Assembly: GCA_051294905.1 (NCBI GenBank)
Contig: CM119371.1
Span: forward strand, 18,042,001 to 18,106,000
Direction of reading: 5' to 3'
DNA: 64,000 bases
From: Botryllus schlosseri
Taxonomy: Eukaryota
Shown: positions 23,808 to 37,373 of the stretch, one piece after another
Layout: every line of letters starts with the position of its first letter
Numbering within the stretch: position 1 is the first letter of the stretch
The notes under the pieces: generated by a model
Told to the model about the DNA's origin: nothing
Databases searched by the model: none
Seen by the model: only the letters and a program-made list of their open reading frames with translations
Made by a program: the position numbers and the translations under genes

Positions 23808-24235
23808 GCGTCCACGTCGTCCAGATATCATTTGATCGACCGAAAAGATCATCGCTCTATCAAATATGCCGGACCTGACGTGTGGAAAAGTATACCGCCG
23901 GCCATCCGACAGTCGACGATCATATCCACATTCAAGTCGAAATAGGCCTACAAGCTACTTCTACTACATGAATACTAGTCCGCCCTCAAGATTACCGGAC
24001 CACGACCAGACCTATCGATATCGCCTTCGTCACTCACATACCACCCCATTTATTCTTTTACTTTTCATTCAGTGTGCATGCCTCCTGTTTACATCGCCTA
24101 GGCCCTAGGCCCTAGGCTAAGGTGGGTTTCTGATTACAATGACTACTCCAAATCGCTTCGACACCTTCCCATCTTTTCATTGTATCGCAATTTTTGTGGT
24201 GTATTGAACTGATAAAAATTGCTAATAAACCGAAC
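23808..24235 (+). mobile_element. 5'-truncated L2/CR1-group LINE 3' fragment
   Basis: ORF2 C-terminus ASTSSRYH..SIKYAGPDVWKSIPPAIR..STFKSK..LL..Y plus 3'UTR. Colinear with 34005-34490 (-). Confidence 0.78.
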
Positions 24236-25615
24236 CGATATTATTTATTGTGATTCCGTAACTGCCGGCTTGTAACACGGCTCACTTCTAGTTTTTTTAA
24301 GACACTGCACACTGATAACCAGAAGGAACCTAACGAACGGGATGTTCGATTAAAAGTTATAGTGTACACATACAGTCGCTGAAACAGCTAAAATCCCACA
24401 AATAAAATTTCCGTGAACAATTCAGATCTATTAATTTACCGCTCTACATAAGCTGACATCGTATTTTGTCGTTACGCGGAGTATTATTGCGTTTCGGTGA
24501 TTGTATGAAAGTTTATCACTTTTGTAAAAATCTGTACTTGAGTCGAAAGATGAGTTAAAACGAGGGACCGGGCTCCGCGGAGGACTTTTCGTTACTTTAA
24601 CAATGGACATATCTTCTTCGAGTTACTGGTATGGAAATGTAGACCAGATCAGAGTTCGTTAAAGTATAGTCCGCGTTAGTACTCAAGCAGAAGTATAGAA
24701 GTACCACACATCCACTTCAGCCTATATTTCTGCCTGGCAAAACCGAGAATAGGATAATGATTCGACTTATGCATGTGTACCAGAATAAGACAATTCTAGC
24801 GTTGCATGTTCCTTTGTTTATTTTCACAATTTCATAAACTAATGTGATCAGCATGTCTTAATTGTAGTCATTAACAACAACCACTTAGCACTTATGTTGC
24901 AGGCTTGTTCCCGCTGGCGGTCCCCCTGGATCAAGACTCTCAACCGGGTGTATCGTACACGCTAGGGCTAAGGTATGTTGCCCGTCCCTGCACTTGGGTG
25001 TACCAAAATATGTAAATAATTGTAGGGCTAGAGCAGGGGTGACCAGCCTGGTGTCGTAGAAAGAAATTTGTGCGGCCGTAGATACAGAACACCATAAGGT
25101 CTCTCCGGGGTGCGAAGTTTCCAGTAGCCAATTTAACATCACTATATGACGTCCAGATAGGCCATGACGACTCAGTCGGAATACGGCCGTGTGCTATATA
25201 TGTAAACGAAGTATGGCCATGGATTGCGAAAAGGTTGAGCACCACTGGATTAGGTTTACTATATGGAATCAATGCGTTATGTGGCCAGAGGTGTGGGTTT
25301 CGAGTAAACGTTAAAATAGTGTACCACATGTTGCTAACTGGGTACATTATTATTAGGCTGCGTCCTCTGTATGTGGCTTGGTAAAATAGCCTTGCTGTTT
25401 TGTTAGTTTCGCTAATAGCATGTCCGCATCAGCAGAGTGTTTGTATTTCACTGCATGATTATTCTCATAATGCCAACTCAAATTTTATTCCTTGAAATCG
25501 GAGACCTGCTCAGTACTCACCATAAACTAAAAAGACCGGTTCACGGCTGACTTTAGTAAACACACATTTAGTGCCCCGAATCGTGTTAAAACCTTGATTC
25601 TGCGCTTGACATAAC

Positions 25616-26891
25616 CTGCACCGTAACTGCCGCACCCCAAACTCCCTAATTGGGGGGGGCGCGAGCTCGAAGGGGGCCCAAAATTATTTCGTGAATTATA
25701 GCATAAATCATAAAGTATTTTTTGAAAATTTATGGATTTAAAAAAAATCACGAATTCAAGTAGCCATTTATCTTTATTATTGGGTATCGGGCCATTACCA
25801 CGACACGACCCACTAAGACATACAATCAAGTTTTAGGAAATATAACATGCGACTCCAAGAAGTGTGCCAGAACGATCGGCAGCGAAAAAACCTTGGCCGA
25901 AAAGGTCTATGCCCTTAAACTGACCGAAGACTTCGTTATATATACGAAATACATATAGGTTTAATTGTCCATAGGCGCCTAAATGACTGGCGCCGAATGT
26001 TCCTGTCTTTGCAATCTGAACCTCACAAGACAAATACCATCCCACTGTGAAAAATTTTATGCCAGTGAAGAAAAACCAATTTGAAATCGTGTGCGTCTCT
26101 TAGTTTAGAAGCCTACGTCTGGGCGATTCTATATTTTTTGATATAGCAGACTGGAAGTCACAAAATAACATCATGTAACGAAGTCATATCAACGGGTCCG
26201 CACGCCCGAAGATGTTCAATTATTATTTACGGGCCATCCCGTTTTCAAGAGACTTCACTCAACTCTACCAGTATATCTAATTACGTGAGTAGAGAGGACC
26301 ATAAATTGATAACATAATATATATGCAATCGCCGATCTGATTGACCGATTTTATCATAAATTATCGAAAATTTTCGCGCCTCGCGCTGGCTCTCAATACA
26401 GTATGGATGATTTCGTGACAAACGCGAACAACGTGATGGAAGGGTCGTTTCATCACCCTATGGGAGCCCAAGACCCACATTTTTGGGGGCCTGACGAGGT
26501 GCTGTTTCGTTCCTGCCAACGGGTATACGCCCGAAGATGTTTTATTATGATTGAGTGGCCCTACCTTTTCAAACACACCTCACTCAGCTCTATCGGCAAA
26601 TCTGATTACGCGAGCAGAGAGAAGATAAAAATTGATAACAATATATATGCAATTCCCGATCATACTGACCGATTCAATCATGAATTCTAGATATTTCCCG
26701 CGCTTCGCGCGCATAGGCGACAAAGGCTGATTCAGCAAACGAACTCCCAACCAATATGATAAATAGCGGCAAACAGGGTATCGTCGGAGGGGGGTCTGGG
26801 GTAAACCCCCCCAGAAGTTCGGTCTATAACCATATGGGGGGCCCAAGACCAAAGTTTTGGGGGGAGCTGACGAAGTGCTGTTACGGCCCTG
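25616..26891 (-). mobile_element. Family-A non-autonomous hAT element with two internal tandem units
   Basis: TSD GACATAAC at 25608-15 and 26892-99. Imperfect TIR (CAGGGCCGTAAC vs CTGCACCGTAAC). Confidence 0.82.
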
Positions 26892-29340
26892 GACATAACA
26901 TCGTTTATGAGTGAAGATGGCCGCTAATCACGGGCACTGATTGCATTCTTTTACAAATTAGGATTTTGAAACGTAAGACGTGGCAGTTTAAGGCGCAGAC
27001 TTGGCAACAAAAGAGATTTTAACATGAATATGAAAACAGTGACTTGTAACTTTAATTGCTACGACATTGGCTTTATTTTGCATCTGGATTACTCATACGA
27101 TGTACGTAGGGGAAGATGCTAGCATGAAAAGAAATTCATCACTGAACGAACTTGCACTTTGTGCCGAGAATACATTGCTGTCTGATGTAAAAAATCTTAG
27201 TGGAATCTATCTTGATTTAATATGTTTACTGTATCATAAAAACCAGATTCTGCTACTGTACAACTTGTTTTTTAGGTAATATTTGTCGCAACCATAGAAA
27301 CCGGTTTGTTACTCCGATCAATATCGATGTAACAATAGTCTGAACACGCCTTTCGAATACATTTTGCGATCTAGCCTACACCGTCAAGGCATAATAATAT
27401 ATTCCCTTGCAAGTCCTGGTCGAGATGGTTGGCAAAGCAAAGGAAAATATTAATTTTATGGAATTATCAAAACCTTTGATTATTACAGTAGATAAATTTG
27501 ACGACGTTTAAAAAGTCAGCATGTACTTTAGCATTGTGGCTGAGTCTTCGGGAATTTAAGGTTGGAATTAGCAATATGACGTCACGTGACGTCATGGGCT
27601 CACGTTCGCGTTCACATTGATAGAACCTGTCAAACAGGTTGGCGTTCACACGAACCAGATCTTTTCAGGCGTTCGCACCATCCCTAATGGAAACTGTAGA
27701 ACTTTATAAGATATAGGTTACACGCATTACCCACTGAACGATACTACACAGTAGAATGAATCTTCATAACTAATACGTAAGGCGATGAACGAAGAGATAC
27801 TAAGGCTCATAATCGCACCCTTATCTATATTAATTCTCTGTACGACCATATACTTTACCATCGCGGAACAAAGGGTATTTTTGATCGAATAGATATTAGC
27901 TTGGATAGGTATAAATAAAGCAATTCCGACGTAGTTTCCCGTTTTGACTATTGCAGAAAGCATCAGTAACTTAATCCAATTTCAACTGGTAATCCTTTAT
28001 TGGCATTCATCGTATAGATAGGCCACTAGATCTGCCAGAGAGATGTGAAGGGTGTGTTCTGTGTTGTAGGCTCCAAGAACTACCTGGCGAGTATCAGCGT
28101 CCTTCACGAAAATATTTTGTTCGACTATGTGTACGAAGGTCCGAAACCTCTTCTTTTTTTCTACTTCATAATTTTCCGAATAACTATAATTTGCCTTTAA
28201 ATATATTCTTCCGAAAATTTTCCACGCGCAACCTCACTTTTTCATTACCGGCACTCCACCTTCGTTACCTCTCAAATAGCAATATTCGCCAGTTGAAGGG
28301 AACGGGGTAAATGCATGACCATTGAATTTTATTTTCTGGAAAATTCTAGGGAACTTACCCAAACGTTTACATAGGCAATCAGTGATGAATAGGGCAAGTT
28401 TTTGCAACTTTTGCAACTTTTTTCACAGCTACTGGAAGATTCCGAAATACTGAGAAGTTATGTAGTATGGTGTTTTAAGCTGTTTGAAGGAATCTTACAT
28501 TGCAACTTTTGCAACTTTTCTCCATTTTTTCAATCATCTTTTTGCATCTTTTTCGATTTTTCAAGCAACCTTTTGCAAATTTTTCGATTTTTCATGCTAG
28601 TTTTTGAAAGCTTTTTTTGAATTTTCATTCAACCAACGTTTTTACTGAACATATTTGGCACTACATGTATATTTATTGCTTGATTATTTCACCGTCGTTT
28701 AAATTTAAGGTCCTTTCTGATTTGACGTATATTCAGGCTAGGCCGCCGAAAATGTAATTTTATCTGGGTCAATTTTTTCAGGCTGTTGATTCTGTTGAAG
28801 TCGCCAACACTGAGTTTTGCTACAGTTCCTTGGTTACGGATCGATTCGAGTATCTCATATCCTAATGATTTCAAGGAACTTGTCCATAAATGCAACTTTT
28901 TAGTGCAACTTTGGTGAAAAGTATATGCAACTTGGTACAACAACGTTTGTGAAAAGTAAGTGCAACTTTCCACGGATTTGACAAAAACATACCCTAGTGA
29001 TGATATTAACGAGTCCTGTCACGAAATTTCATAGAGCTCCTTGAATTCCATACATCGTAAAAATAGCAATCAGAAGCGGTCAAAGTATAGTCAGCGGTGC
29101 TATTCCAGTGGAGATAGAAGTAATGTGGTAAATTCCTACTCAATTACCACTAGAGGACATGTCAAAGTGGCAAGTACTGCAAGTGGCAATGGGAAATAAA
29201 AAGTCGGAAAAGTATATACTAAAGAAAGTTATCTCAGAAAGTAGATAGATTAGTCGCTCACTTTTAACGGTTAATTGTAGTTAAGTGCTTTCGATGTTAA
29301 AACGTGCATCGTAGCTAACAAACTCCAAATTGCTAATGAC

Positions 29341-30217
29341 TAGGGCGTTTTTTTTTACCTAAAAAAAAGAAAATTTTGACCTAAAAAATCCAAATTTTGA
29401 CTTTTTTTGACCTAAAAAAACTGAATTTTGATCAAATTTTGACCTAACGTATGCAAATTAGGTGTTTTCCCACATAATGTTAAAATTGTACCCCTTATCT
29501 TCATATCTGGTTGGATCTTACTGTCCTAACGAAGAGGTTTGGCCTGAAAAAGCGTCTTTGGCTTAGAAACAGGCAACTTTTTACATGAAAAAAACAATAT
29601 TTTAACGAAATCTGGCCCTATGAAGAATTCCAGTGGTTACAATATGTATTATGTTAGAAATAATTAAAATATTTTGTAGTACAACGAGAGATACTTTCCT
29701 ACGTTCTTGGGTAGAAAGTGCACGTCCTTACTAAGAAGCTTGCCAAGGAAGTTCAACAGCAGCAGTTGTTGGCTGACAACACTCAAGTTGTGCGTACACT
29801 GCTGGTGCTGGTGACACACCGTGTTGCTTCACTCTGACAATGTTGTCTACATCACAAATTTTCATCATGCGCTTCTTAATATAAGAATGATGCAATGCAC
29901 AAGAAGTCTTTCTTCAGTTAGGATATTGCGGTTCGTTGACCATAACACCATGTCTACCTAATATTTGTTTTATTTGACCGTTTATGATTCACAATGAGCA
30001 GACGATTAGCCGTTTACCACGGCAGGCCTATAAAATAGGCTAACAGCGGTCAAATATCAAATTATAAGTTCACCAACAGTGCAAAATCTACGATACAAAC
30101 AAAATGCAGACGTCAAAAATTTTTTGACTTCATGAAAAATTTTGACAAATTTTGACCTAACGCTACAATTTTGACAAAATTTTGACAAATTTTGGCATGT
30201 CAAAAAAAACCGCCCTA
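29341..30217. mobile_element. hAT MITE with AAATTTTGAC subterminal arrays
   Basis: TAGGGCG...CGCCCTA ends. TSD CTAATGAC at 29333-40 and 30218-25. Confidence 0.88.
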
Positions 30218-30319
30218 CTAATGACACTACGCATAAGTGGAAATTTCGGTGATATATTCGGTTACCATGATACCGGGGATATTTCACGCGGTTCTTATGA
30301 TAATCTCACTCATATAAGT

Positions 30320-31095
30320 CAGTGCTTATCAAAGTCTTTCTGACGGCGTACCACCTATTTGTTTTTGTTTTTTACTACACTGCGTACCACTTGGATCTTG
30401 AATGATCAATTTCACTCAAATGTACTGGTATTTATCAAGTATTACAGAGGTATCGCTCTGTAATACTGCCAATGCATGGTAACAACACACAATGTAATGA
30501 GATTGATATAACTGTTTCTACTGCACAAGCTTGTATAATTGTATATCCCGGGTATAACATTACTCAAAGTACGTCTGAAATCATGTCCAGACTCAATCAG
30601 ACAGTTCGGGCACTTGGACTTGCTGGACATCAAGAACGAGCGAGCACCCTTGCTCATCTCGAGTCTACTTTTTTGCGTGTTCCCAATCAATGTGTCGTTC
30701 TACCAGGCTGGATTTCATGGCCGCGTTGGAAAATTTCATTAAAAACGCTCGCTGTGGAAAACATTCTCCTCAGTTTCAAGTTGCGAAGAATCCATACTTA
30801 GGCTATGTATTATGGGCTCATTTCGACATAATTAAAATGTAGCCTGCTCAATATACGCATGAATTATAGTTATAATTACGCCCCAGCCGAGTTAGCCGAT
30901 CCCGCCAGTTATTTGGTAATCTGTGTTCTGAATCTGCTGCGATATTAACACCAACGAGAAAGTGTTGCACAAATGAAGTAGTTGTTACATCGTGTATTTA
31001 CAGTGGACCTAACTAATAACTTAACAATTAAAAACCGCCGAACTCTTCGCGTACCGCTCAGAAACGTCTCGCGTACCACAGTTCGAGAACCACTG
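30320..31095. mobile_element. Non-autonomous Charlie/Buster-type hAT element
   Basis: CAGTGCTTATCAAA...TTCGAGAACCACTG ends. TSD ATATAAGT at 30312-19 and 31096-103. Confidence 0.85.
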
Positions 31096-31196
31096 ATATA
31101 AGTCATGCTTACAAATCCCAAAATTACTTTCTACTTTTCAAAATCCGAATTACAAAGGGTACGTTATTTTGCCTAAAAACTGTTCAAGTTCGGCGA

Positions 31197-31470
31197 CAAG
31201 ATAGCGTAATGGGGACGCGTCCGGCTTCTTGGTCGATAGGCCATGGGCTCAATCCCCGGCCGGGTCAGACCAAAGATCTGGTTAGTAACACCGGTATCCA
31301 TGACTTCCCGGCTTGGGCTCAGTTACCGTGTTAACATGGAGGGGCAGTGCAAGACTCAGAAAGTCTTACAAGTCTATATCAGCACCTTCCTAGTCCAGCG
31401 GCATATGCACATCATGCACTCATGGCATGCATATGCACAGATCGTGTTCAATGTCCATATATCATGAGTC
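31197..31470 (+). mobile_element. tRNA-derived SINE family 2
   Basis: Head AAGATAGCGTAATGG...GGGCTCAATCCCCGG, then GGTCAGACCAAAGA. Colinear with 51235-51494 (-). Confidence 0.75.
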
Positions 31471-32849
31471 GGTGTATATGCCGCAAAAACATCGCAGTCA
31501 CCTAGTCTTGCAGGTGGATATGGTGGAAAAACATATTCATTTGTGTACGTAGTGCAAGTATTCAATACCTATATGAGTATAACTATGCAGAAGTATTACT
31601 TCATTGTTGCTCAGAGATCACCTCTGGGATCATTTCAATATAAATTGTCAACGATGTTATTCCGGATAAATGACAACAGAACGGAGGCAGTCGTAATTAC
31701 TTACGAGTTAGCAAACTTACCAGGCATTCCACAATCGAGGGAAGTTGAACAAGTCACACTTAATTTACCCAATCAAAGTTTGTGAACTTTGAGAAAGTTT
31801 AATGGTCATTATGAAGCACCTTGGAGCATTGATTAGATAGGGGGAAGATATATAGCCACCAAAATCGGGGGGGGGGAATAGTCGCACCGGTTGGTTGTAT
31901 CTCTATTTCAGAGGTGATCAAAATATTATTTTCTGATACTCGGGTACAGGTAGAAGTAATGCCACAAAGTTGTATCTAATTATAAGTAGATCTAGCGATT
32001 TTCCAATCACCCTAAAATGACTTCAAGTAGTAATATGAAACGATATTTAAAAGAAGTTATGTTGGCAGTTTGGAGAAGTAAATTGAGACTGGGCTTTGCA
32101 GACGTTTGATAGTCCATCGCCTGTGAAAGTTTAATTTCAAAATACCTCTTCTTCACGAATAGCGAAAAATGACTTGGTGGCGATGAATGTAGGGGTCGAC
32201 TTCGAGATTATAATCTGGGTTGCCATGGCAATCTCACCCATGAAAGTGGTGTGAATCTAACTTCCTACGTTTCAAAATGTAACTCGCGGAAAAACAATTA
32301 GTGTCGTGTCAAAAACGGTTCAAGTAGAAGTGGAATGATTGATCACTTGATCAAATAGTTGAAGTAGGCAATTGCCATTTGAGTGCTTCGATATCGTACA
32401 GAGCTGTATACTTCGTTACTGACAACTTTCGCCGTTTTGTCGCAAATCTGAACCACATTCTGACATACTACCATGTCATACATGATGCTATAAACATACC
32501 ACACCATTGTTGTTTGTCACTAAAGTAAAAGTCAAGCCGGTGTGAGTTAAATTTCAGGCGGAACCACTAACACTACTTGATATGGCAATGTGGAGAGGCG
32601 CCGCCTTCTATGATACGAAACAACTGGTTACTACACATTGATCAAATTGGATTTAACGCATCATTAACCTATCGGTAAATATCGAAATGGTGACAGGATA
32701 ATCGATGAATATGTAGGAACGAAATTGCTACTGTATGAGAATTGTTTTTCCACAAGATAACACGATATCAAGTGTGATTGTTATTTTGTGTTATCGGGTC
32801 TTTGGATATGGGACCTTGCGACATAACAGTACATCCGTAACGCTTAGCG

Positions 32850-33354
32850 CGGTAGTTCCCAACCTTTTTAAATATCGGAGCCGCATTTCAAACTTCAGAG
32901 TACGTATGGAGCCGCAGGAAAACACTCGAGTAGTCTACTTTTAAGTAAAAATTTAAAGCTAGCTAGCCTGCCTACTCGAATAGGCTACTTATAACGAAAA
33001 TTTGAGGTAGCTACTAGCTAGCCTACCTCTGGACCTCACCATCCAGATAATTCAAAAGCATCCACATAAGGTCTATGGCCAGCAGAACTCGAAAGATATC
33101 CTTGTGTGACGGGTAGCTATTCATCCATGCGTTTGACGCTGGTCTGCAATAATTCTCTCTCCCGGTTTTCAGAAGCGGCCTTGAACGACTTCAGACACAA
33201 CTGATATCCCTCATTTTCGCATTCATATACAGAAATTGACTATAAATATTCATGGAAACAAACAACAACTGTCGTCTATTATATTTATGTGGCATATTTA
33301 GTGGTCAATCAGAGTCGCAAGAAGGCTAGCCTGAGCCGCGGTTCGGAATCACTG
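32850..33354. mobile_element. Charlie-type hAT MITE
   Basis: CGGTAGTTCCCAACC...GGTTCGGAATCACTG ends. TSD GCTTAGCG / GTTTAGCG (1 mismatch). Confidence 0.75.
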
Positions 33355-33440
33355 GTTTAGCGTGTTGAGTCTAACGCGAAACTTGTCATCAATGTAGCAG
33401 CTCTGCTAAATTCTGTTGCATTCATTGTCATTGATAACGA

Positions 33441-33959
33441 TGTCTGTGCAAAATGATCAGAGTACTCCAAACTCAATCGAGTACTAATTTTAACGATTCG
33501 CGTCGACAGGTGAGATATGAATCTTTCGATTGCTGAAATTATGCATTATATATTGCGTGCCACTAAGAGTTAAGTTGTCAACGAAAATTATGGTTTCGAT
33601 TTTCGGCCGTGGAAGGCCGTAAACCTCGATTGGTCGTCTCGCAGCATACGAAACATAATAAAGAGCTACGTACGTTAGTGGAGATGGCATATTTACGGAC
33701 CAGCGATTAACCCACAACATTGTGACGGAGTGCAATGAAATAACTATGGTCGAAAAATATCACATAACATTTAATGTGATGTAGAACTGTCATTATATTA
33801 TTTGTGGTCGCATAAAAGGTGCATATAAGAACTATCCACGTCATTCATACTATTGAAACGTCATCATGAGGGATTCTAGATTACTCGAGTCCACTCGAAG
33901 GCTACTATACTCTATATACAGAATCGAATCACTCAGGCTCTCGAATGTGTCCGGCCCTG
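33441..33959. mobile_element. Older copy of the 515-bp TAGGGCTGGGC MITE family
   Basis: Colinear similarity to 3221-3715 (gagtact..aatcgagtacta; cagaatcgaatcactcagg). The TSD is eroded. Confidence 0.65.
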
Positions 33960-34004
33960 ACGATAACACGTCGATTTTCTGCCTACTACAGAATCATCAT
34001 CATC

Positions 34005-34490
34005 ATTGGTTTATTAGCAATTTTATCAGTTCAATACACCACAAAAAATGCGATACAATGAAAAGAAAGGAAGATGTCGAAGCGACTAGGAGTTGTCTAT
34101 GGAATCGGACACCCACCTTGGCCTAGGCGATGTAAAGAGGAGGCATGCACACTGAATGAAAGTAAAGAAGATTGTATAGAAAAAGGAAGCGACAAGAAAT
34201 AGGGCGGCATGTCACGGGAAGCGAGATCGATAGGTCAGTCGTGGTCCGGTAATCTTGAGGATGGACTGTATTTATTTAGTAGTAATTGCTTGTATTTCGA
34301 CTTGAATGTGGACATGCTCGTTGACTGCCGGATGGCCGGCGGGATACTGTTCTACACATCAGGTCCGGCATATTTGATAAAGCGATGATCTTTTCGGTCG
34401 ATCATATGATATTTGGACGACGTGGACGCGCGTGTGTTGTACTTGTGCGCTTTTGATTGAGAGGTAAAGAAGTCATTGTCAGAAAGTCAG
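34005..34490 (-). mobile_element. 5'-truncated L2/CR1-group LINE 3' fragment with (ATG)n tail
   Basis: Minus-strand DFFT...HKYNTRASTSSKYH..FIKYAGPDV..IPPAIR..STFKSKYKQLLL. The 3'UTR matches 24000-24235. Confidence 0.78.
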
Positions 34491-35002
34491 AAAAGACTTG
34501 GATTTTAAATTGAACTACGGAAATGCGGTAGCTCGAGTCGGAACTGAATTGGACAACCCGGTGGCGCATAAAAGCATCTAGCGTTGGTCGTTATTTCAAA
34601 TTGCGATGGTACACCCGCGGCCGTTGTCAGACTTGAGTATGTCCAAGAATTGCTAAGAATGGGCTTAAAACTGACAGCCATCGGAGGATGCTTTGGAAAA
34701 GCACCAGTTCCTCGAATGGACTACTTATTAAATGAAATGATAGACTACACAGCGCAGTACAAATTTTACTTGGCATTCGAGAATTCCTATCACTGCAGAG
34801 ACTACGTGACGGAGAAGTTTTTACGCGCCGCCATAAAGGCCAGAGTCGAACCCGTCGTGTGGGGCTCGACTAAAGAGACGTACGAAGCGCATATCCCCGC
34901 GAGCGGATTAATTTTCGTGGAAGATTATCCGTCCATGCGACATCTCATTGGCCATCTGAACTATTTGGATCGCAACGACACCGCTTACCGGGAGTATTTC
35001 AG
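34491..35002 (+). pseudogene. GT10 pseudogene A catalytic exon
   Basis: YKFYLAFENSYHCRDYVTEKF and YLDRNDTAYREYF. About two-thirds amino-acid identity to gene B by manual alignment (93 of 139). One A is missing in the run at 34570-73 and GAVPVV has become RVEPVV. Confidence 0.88.
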
Positions 35003-37373
35003 GTGGAAATATGGTTTGCATACAGGCTTGCAAGATGGGTAGCCTACATATGTCAGAACCTAACATTAAATCTAAAACCGAATTGAAGTATCATGAAAAC
35101 TCAACCTAAATAAGCCTAATACAAATACTACGGTAATCTAGCAGAGATAGTCTGTAACGACATACTTGTTAGGGATGGTGTGAACGTGAGGTTCACGTTC
35201 GCGTTCTGTGTGTGAACCCAAGAAATTTTGAGGTTCACGTTCACAAACGAACCTTTGTAGGTTCTGCACTGTAAACCTTTTCTTATATTACAATTTTCAC
35301 GTCATTATAGCATACTTGGTTGAAATTTATTGCTTCTCAACTGCGGGCCACTCTACGCATGACGCTGACAGCATAGAAAACCAGCATTAAACGAGCATGC
35401 ACCTCGACAATCTCAAGATTTTACTTTTGTTTCGTTACAAAAGTTTGTTCAAAATATCCAGCTCTACGTTTGTGAATATTTCGTGACTCTCTGCCGTGAG
35501 CTTTACACGCAATCACAGAACATTAAAAGCGAAATACGCTACATGTAGGTAATCAGAGAATGATGCTTATTCAACCAATCAATGAAATTGATATCGTTGC
35601 ATGATGTAAAAATGTAGCAAGCGTATGGGGGTCCATCACGATTTCATATATATATATATTGCATCATAAAAACCAAATCCGTGCGCTTGAAATGTTGGCT
35701 ACTGCTATATAACTTGTTAATGGGGTATTATCCGTAGCAAGTATGGAAACCCGTTTTACACTCTACTTTTGGTCTTGCTTTTAAATCTGTTTATATCCCT
35801 TTAGTGTGCCGCTAACTCTCGAAAAGAGGCACCCGAAAATTCTTCGAATTCAATAAATAATATTTTACAATGGATATTGTATTGAACGCTATATTCAAGT
35901 TCTGTACCACGAACCAGCTACTCTGCTCAACATCAACGTAGCAAGGCTAAGACGAAAAATACATTGTCCGGCCTGGCCTGGACCATTAGGGCGTAAGCAA
36001 TGCTTACGAAGTATATATTCCCTTGTAAGTCCTCGTCGAAATTGTTGGCACGAGTACAACATTTTAATCCGTAATTAGGCATGCACGTAGGAACGGTGAC
36101 CTTCTCTGCAATCCAGCACGTGACTATTACAGTGACGTGCTTGTGACGCGTATAGGCTCGATCTACTTGTGAGCTATACTCAACTGGCGGACCGCGGTCT
36201 GCATGCCTACCTTTTCAGTCTTGATATTCCGTACCTTATCTGTTTCCGTGCTTACTTACTTTTCTCGCTGATTCGCAACAGCTAAGTGCAGTGTTTTCAT
36301 GCTTCTGATCAGCTCCGCATTATCGAATATCTGCAAGTTAGCGTTATCGGACATGACGTTTATCAATAATTGATTTTGCATGTATCTAACCAGCAGTGAA
36401 AAACGTTCTTCACTGCCTTTAACTCGCACTGTAACCCGTTTAGAAACGATTTTTAAAGAGCAATATCACGGGATAAACAAAATTCCAATTCTCCCACCAG
36501 TTGGGACAGACAGCATAATAATCACATTCCGTATTAGGCTTTTTCTAATACTGGTTTATTTGATTTTGTATGTATAGTTATACCGTATTACATTTGCATG
36601 GCTATAAATTATTTCATGAAAGCTATAACGGGCCTGAGCAAAGTTCGAACTGCTGTAACTGAGTCTTTGCTAAAATATAATTGAGTAGCTCTCTATAATC
36701 TTCCGTCTGACAAAATGTACTTCCAGGTAGCGAACGCAAAGAAAGCATCACCCACATAATAAAAGGGAATAGGATTTTTGTCAAATTTGCTGTGGTCGCT
36801 TCGGAATACGCCTGGACGACAGCTACAAAGTTACGTGTCGGGACTTTCGAGAAAACTTCAGTATCACAGATTCCCGACGCCAATCAGTGTCCGTGTTCAT
36901 TCGTAAAATGTGGTTGTTGGAGGAAGATGATCCAGATTGTCTCAAGACTAATCTTCACTTGGACGACAACGGAAGAATACTCTTCGGGTGAAACAGTGCT
37001 TGTTTCTGCTTGGAAGTACGACAGAGAAATCAGTGAAGAAGTGCTTTCAGTTCACCTCGCACTCTATCGTTGTTGCGGATAGTCTCATAGGGGCCCTGTA
37101 GCACTACCCCATCTATAATATTAATTCCATGCCATAACACTATAAAAAACAACTATATATTTACGGACGTACAGTTACGAAAATAGAGAAATCGCGTCAG
37201 GAATCGTGGTATTTTCTGTGATTTTGCTTTAAATACATAGCCAGGCATACCGTTTCTTGCGCCAGTTGCGCTCACAACTATAGCTTTTAATTTTCCCTGA
37301 TTCGTTTAATTAAAGTGTATGTGTATTTACATACTTTAAGCACATGTGAGAAAGTAGAAAAAATTGTTTAGAT

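Larger units (their letters stand above)
27785..36991 (+). pseudogene. Alpha-1,3-fucosyltransferase (GT10) pseudogene A, paralog of gene B
   Basis: Exon-like segments match gene B one to one: 27785-27874 (signal anchor, less certain), 27989-~28070 (VILYW/PLDLPERCEGC), 32368-~32474, 32558-32674 (LIWQCGEAPP..QIGFNASLTYR), 34491-35002, 36727-36991. Lesions: acceptor is TG instead of AG at 27987-88, frameshift near 28020, TAA 32568-70, -1 frameshift at 34570-73, TAG 36728-30 and 36770-72. Confidence 0.82.

Noticed and set aside
28200-28990. TTTTGCAAC-rich low-complexity block with short ORFs
   Set aside because: It is probably subterminal repeats of an old MITE, but no TIR pair or TSD was found and the ORFs are low-complexity artefacts.
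31610-31830. GT10 N-terminal-like text (LWDHF..CQRC / EAVVITY..LP..R..Q) inside an intron of pseudogene A
   Set aside because: It needs a frameshift, does not resemble the matching exons of A or B, and could be chance.
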